Under the pieces are notes generated by a model, which saw only the letters and a program-made list of their open reading frames with translations, ran no database searches and was not told where the DNA came from. The position numbers were made by a program, and so were the translations under genes. From a virus (taxonomy: Duplodnaviria > Caudoviricetes), in IMG/VR virus record IMGVR_UViG_3300030451_003961, positions 1 through 62,386 of that record: a stretch of 62,386 bases of DNA; one strand, given 5' to 3'. This document shows positions 58,670-62,386 of the stretch, one piece after another. Each line of letters begins with the position of its first letter. Position 1 is the stretch's first letter.

Positions 58670-59378
58670 CGAGATAAGACCAAGATTAAATGGGAACAAA
58701 AAGCGTGCCTATGAAAATCTAACAACCAAAGAGAGAAGAATACTTGTTATAGGAGACATACATGCTCCATTTAATTTACCTGACTACCTAGATTTTTGTT
58801 ATGATAACTATGCCAAATGGAATTGTAACCAGGTTATATTTATTGGAGACATAATAGATAACCACTATTCATCTTTCCATACCACAGATCCTGATGGATT
58901 GGGTGGAGGAGATGAGTTAGATCTTGCAATCGAGGAGGTTGCTAAGTGGTATGAAGTATTTCCTAAAGCCGATGTGTGTATAGGAAACCATGATCGTATG
59001 ATTATGAGAAAAGCTTTTGATTCACAGATCCCAAAGAGATGGATTAAAAGTTACAATGATGTGTTGGGTACACCAAAATGGAAGTGGGTTGAGAATGTTG
59101 TATATGATGATGTGTTGTACGAACATGGAGAGGGATCACAAGCTGCAACTAAAGCCAGGAACAATATGATGTCGTCTGTATGTGGACATACTCACACGAC
59201 TGCATACTGTCAATGGTTTGTTGGAAAAAGATTTCGTGTCTTTGGAATGCAAGTAGGATGTGGCATAGACGCTAAGAGCTACGCAGCAGCGTATGCAAAA
59301 AATTTTAAAAGGCAAGCTATAGGATGTGGCGTTGTCCTAGGTGGCCATACTGCAATTAACTGTTTAATGAAATTATGA
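58659..59378 (+). CDS. Calcineurin-like metallophosphoesterase
   Basis: GDIH, GDIID, GNHD, HG and GHTH motifs. Confidence 0.9.
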   Translation: MNYNEIRPRLNGNKKRAYENLTTKERRILVIGDIHAPFNLPDYLDFCYDNYAKWNCNQVIFIGDIIDNHYSSFHTTDPDGLGGGDELDLAIEEVAKWYEVFPKADVCIGNHDRMIMRKAFDSQIPKRWIKSYNDVLGTPKWKWVENVVYDDVLYEHGEGSQAATKARNNMMSSVCGHTHTTAYCQWFVGKRFRVFGMQVGCGIDAKSYAAAYAKNFKRQAIGCGVVLGGHTAINCLMKL

Positions 59379-59482
59379 GATCAAAAGAAAAATACGAAGC
59401 ATCAATGATTTGTTTCTGCATAAGTGTGTGTGGAATTATCATGGTTCTACTAATCGAACTAATAAAAGTACATTTACTTTGA
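59375..59482 (+). CDS. 35-aa single-pass membrane peptide (MRSKEKYEASMICFCISVCGIIMVLLIELIKVHLL)
   Basis: Translated by hand; ATGA and TTGA overlaps couple it on both sides. Confidence 0.5.
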   Translation: MRSKEKYEASMICFCISVCGIIMVLLIELIKVHLL

Positions 59483-59778
59483 AAAAATTTACTGCCAAAG
59501 AAAGAAAAGAACGACCTGTTTTTACAGGTGTTTTGAAATACTTTCCTGATGCCTTGCTTGAAGTTGCACATGTATCTTACATGGGTAGTGAACAACATCA
59601 TCCAGGTAAACCGATCCATTGGGATCGTAAGAAATCTAAAGATGATTTAGATGCTATGCTTAGACATGCAATGGACGCAGGTAAAATAGATTCTGATGGA
59701 GTTAGGCATAGTGCTAAGGTTGCCTGGAGAGCTCTCGCTCATCTTCAAAAAGAAATAGAAAAGTCTAATCAAAAGTAA
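59479..59778 (+). CDS. dATP/dGTP diphosphohydrolase-like (DUF5664-type) protein
   Basis: FPDALLEVA.VS..G...H, W, DA.LRH and H.AKVAWRALA motifs; TTG start at 59479 is inferred. Confidence 0.65.
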   Translation: MKKFTAKERKERPVFTGVLKYFPDALLEVAHVSYMGSEQHHPGKPIHWDRKKSKDDLDAMLRHAMDAGKIDSDGVRHSAKVAWRALAHLQKEIEKSNQK

Positions 59779-62386
59779 CTTCAGGATCTACAACAGAACT
59801 GTATTTTTTGAAGTAAGCGTTGTAAGTTTTATTGAATTCATCAAACAATTGATCTTCAGCTTGCTCTATGCTTTTTATATTATCATTATAAACTTCAAAA
59901 TTAATATCTGGTTTATACTTGTATAGTTTCTTTTTTGTATCTCTTAAGCGTTTTAGTTTTTTGTCTATTGATTTAGATAACTTAAGAAGTCTTTCAGCAG
60001 CGACATATGCTTTGTATTTTTCTCTGTTCTCTCCACCTTGTTTGATGCCTTCAAATTCTTTAGCTAGTGCTCTAACTTTTTGTCTATTATCATAATATAT
60101 ACCTTGATCAACAAATCTACTTTGCTCTCCACTAAATCTTTTTATTATTGGTTTATCACTCACAGTAATTTCTTCATTATCACCTATGTTTAATCCACTC
60201 TTTGATAAGTTTATTACATCTGTCATAAATTTAAAAGGCCCAGAGCCTAACAAATATTGATCAGCCAAGTATTGTGTAGTTTCTGGAGTAAAATCGGTTA
60301 TAGGGCCACTACTAACAAGTTCGCTACCACCAAAAGTAGAATTCAACCATTTACTTATTGCTTTATAAGTGTCTGGAGTAGTAGCATATCCTCTTTCACT
60401 ATCGGGAACAGTCTCTCCTGGATAACCTTCACTATAAATTTGAGATCCAAAAAAGTTTTCGTTTAAAGTTAAATCTGCTATAGGTTTCAAGACTTGTGGT
60501 GCTGCTGTTCTAATCATAGTACCTCCAATACTTTTACTTTTTCCAAAATTTATAGGAGAGAAAGCACCTATTAGTGATCTTATTGATTTACCTGTTACAT
60601 CAGGAAGATCTGCTTCTTCATTCATATATTCATGAGAGACTTGTCCTAAGTTCGCAAACAAACTATATCCATAAGGCATTGGAATCTTGTAATAATCCCT
60701 GCCATTCTGTTTCATTATTATTAAATTTCTTTCTTTTACTGCATCTGGAATTTTACTGTAAAATGTTTCGCCATCTTCATCTTCATCAGACATCTGTTCA
60801 TTGAGTGAAGCTAAAGCTAAAGCTCCCAAAAAAATACCTGCTGCCGATTGTTTTCCTTGTTTAGTTTTCATTGCACTTACAAATCTATCAGATCCTTGTA
60901 TACCTGCGTTCATAAAGAGATATAAACTATTTAGTAATGGGCCAAATGTTCCTGTTTGATTAAAGTTTACAGTCAAATCTTTAGCTAATGCTGCTGCTTG
61001 ATCTCTTGACAACCCTTGCTTTCTTGCTTCAATATATGCTGCTAATCTTGTTGCGTTTTCTGCTGCAGCATTTAAGGCTTGTCCTGTTTTTGTGACTGCG
61101 TTATTAAAGACTGCTCTCTTTATTTTAGTTGTAGCCCCTGGCTTCATGTCGGTAAGTTGAGTTAATTCAGCCTCTATATCGCTCATATCTTTCATGTATA
61201 TATAACCTGTCTTACCACCATCTTCTACAAACTCTCTATAGAATTGTTGAAACTCTGGATCAACTCCTGCTGTTTTACCTCGTTCCATTTGAGTTATAGT
61301 TTTTAAAGATTGTGCTGAATTCTTGGCTATTCTTTTAACAAAGCTTGGAAAATCTTTGATGTCTACATTAGAATCACCCAATGCATTTATCAATCCTGTT
61401 TGTAAATCTCTTACATAGTTGGTAGCAATAAAGTTTGGATCACCTGTAGTGTACATAACTCTAAACCAATTATTTAAAACATTAGCGTATTTTTGTATAA
61501 ATGTACCAACCTCTCCTAGCTTGGCAGGGCCTGCATCATTCAAGATTTCATTTAATGTATTGTCAGCGAACTTAATAAATGACTCTTTACCATTATCTTT
61601 TACTCTAACATAGTCCTTACTTCTTCTCAATTCAGGCATGCTCATTACTACATCAACTACTTGCCCATCTATTTCCCTTCTGGTTGTGGGTAAGTTTTGT
61701 TCTGTAATTATTATCGCACCACTTTCTGGATTATCGCTTACAAAATTTTTAAGCTTGAGCAACACAGCATTTTTTTCTACCCTCATTACAGCTCTTGTTC
61801 TAGCTTGTATTATGTTGGCTAAAATATTTGCAGCTTTTACTCCTCCTCTACCTAAAGCTTTTCTTGTCTCTCCTCCTTTTACAGCCAAACTGTTGTTGGA
61901 CTCATATAAAGGATTATAGTCAGGATTGTTTTCACGATCTACCTCAAAACCTGTCAATGGAACATAGTTTTCAAAGTTATTTTTTAAAGAATTGTACTCT
62001 GTTTCAGTTAACAAACCACCATTGTAAAGTATATCTAAAGTTTCTCGCTGAATTGCCTGGAACTTTTTTGTAATAGATTCAATGGCTTCTTTTTGTTTAC
62101 CTTTATATTTTCCTAGTATTTCATCGGCTTGTTTATCTGTCATTCCAGATCCTACCTCATCATCAGGATTTTTATTTTTTATATGCGAGTTTCTTTCTTT
62201 AGCATGTTGTGCGTATAGAAAATCGGATATGTCCTGAATGGTAAGGCCTGTTCCTTTGGCTTCACCCATGACATCTGTATATTGTTTCTCAAAATTATCT
62301 AACTTATTCCTGGTTTTTCCATACAAAAGTTTTTCAGCTTGATCAAAGTTCTGTTCGTCCTTGGTTTTTTTACCTGTTCTCTCTTC
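59765..62386 (-). CDS. C-terminal part of the very large internal virion protein with an LPD38-like domain; open at the right edge
   Basis: Frame stays open from 62386 (EERTGKKTKDEQNFDQAEKLLYGK...); NYVPL, P.F...NYVRDLQ, EN.TRL..Y, TVNFN..G, LYLF.NA.IQG and KIPMPYG motifs of large polyvalent proteins. Confidence 0.75.
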   Translation of the reverse strand, partial: EERTGKKTKDEQNFDQAEKLLYGKTRNKLDNFEKQYTDVMGEAKGTGLTIQDISDFLYAQHAKERNSHIKNKNPDDEVGSGMTDKQADEILGKYKGKQKEAIESITKKFQAIQRETLDILYNGGLLTETEYNSLKNNFENYVPLTGFEVDRENNPDYNPLYESNNSLAVKGGETRKALGRGGVKAANILANIIQARTRAVMRVEKNAVLLKLKNFVSDNPESGAIIITEQNLPTTRREIDGQVVDVVMSMPELRRSKDYVRVKDNGKESFIKFADNTLNEILNDAGPAKLGEVGTFIQKYANVLNNWFRVMYTTGDPNFIATNYVRDLQTGLINALGDSNVDIKDFPSFVKRIAKNSAQSLKTITQMERGKTAGVDPEFQQFYREFVEDGGKTGYIYMKDMSDIEAELTQLTDMKPGATTKIKRAVFNNAVTKTGQALNAAAENATRLAAYIEARKQGLSRDQAAALAKDLTVNFNQTGTFGPLLNSLYLFMNAGIQGSDRFVSAMKTKQGKQSAAGIFLGALALASLNEQMSDEDEDGETFYSKIPDAVKERNLIIMKQNGRDYYKIPMPYGYSLFANLGQVSHEYMNEEADLPDVTGKSIRSLIGAFSPINFGKSKSIGGTMIRTAAPQVLKPIADLTLNENFFGSQIYSEGYPGETVPDSERGYATTPDTYKAISKWLNSTFGGSELVSSGPITDFTPETTQYLADQYLLGSGPFKFMTDVINLSKSGLNIGDNEEITVSDKPIIKRFSGEQSRFVDQGIYYDNRQKVRALAKEFEGIKQGGENREKYKAYVAAERLLKLSKSIDKKLKRLRDTKKKLYKYKPDINFEVYNDNIKSIEQAEDQLFDEFNKTYNAYFKKYSSVVDPEVTFD

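Noticed and set aside
59479-59778. 2-aminoadenine (Z) genome pathway
   Set aside because: A DUF5664-like gene alone is insufficient; no PurZ or dedicated polymerase recognised.
1-62386. Alternative genetic code or prophage state
   Set aside because: Long genes are intact in the standard code and end in TAA, TAG and TGA; no integrase, repressor pair or flanking host genes seen.

Overview
This window is an AT-rich, gene-dense tailed-phage genome that looks almost complete and circularly permuted. One large internal-virion gene is cut by the window edges: its N-terminal part is at 1-2060 and its C-terminal part at 59765-62386. Repeated TAnnTTTG promoter boxes and the gene content point to a lytic podovirus-type phage of Bacteroidota, probably aquatic Flavobacteriia (inference). 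The minus strand (1-40900 plus 59765-62386) carries late genes: three ejection-type proteins, nozzle and ring proteins, capsid, scaffold, portal, terminase, tail fibres, a lysis block containing a predicted outer-membrane beta-barrel, a run of tiny basic proteins, a PAPS-reductase-like enzyme and GroES/GroEL. The plus strand (41350-59778) carries early small ORFs and recombination, replication and nucleotide-metabolism genes. I recognised no DNA polymerase, RNA polymerase, integrase, reverse transcriptase or CRISPR array. The most striking unexplained element is an approximately 830-nt, densely base-paired tract with no credible ORF (41793-42625), bracketed by two tRNA-like T-arm modules and directly behind a very basic first early gene; it is a candidate large structured phage ncRNA. 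Smaller RNA candidates are an H-type pseudoknot before the putative SSB gene and a duplicated pseudoknot/loop-E motif before two early genes. All protein calls come from motifs and gene order read by eye; no database search or folding program was run.
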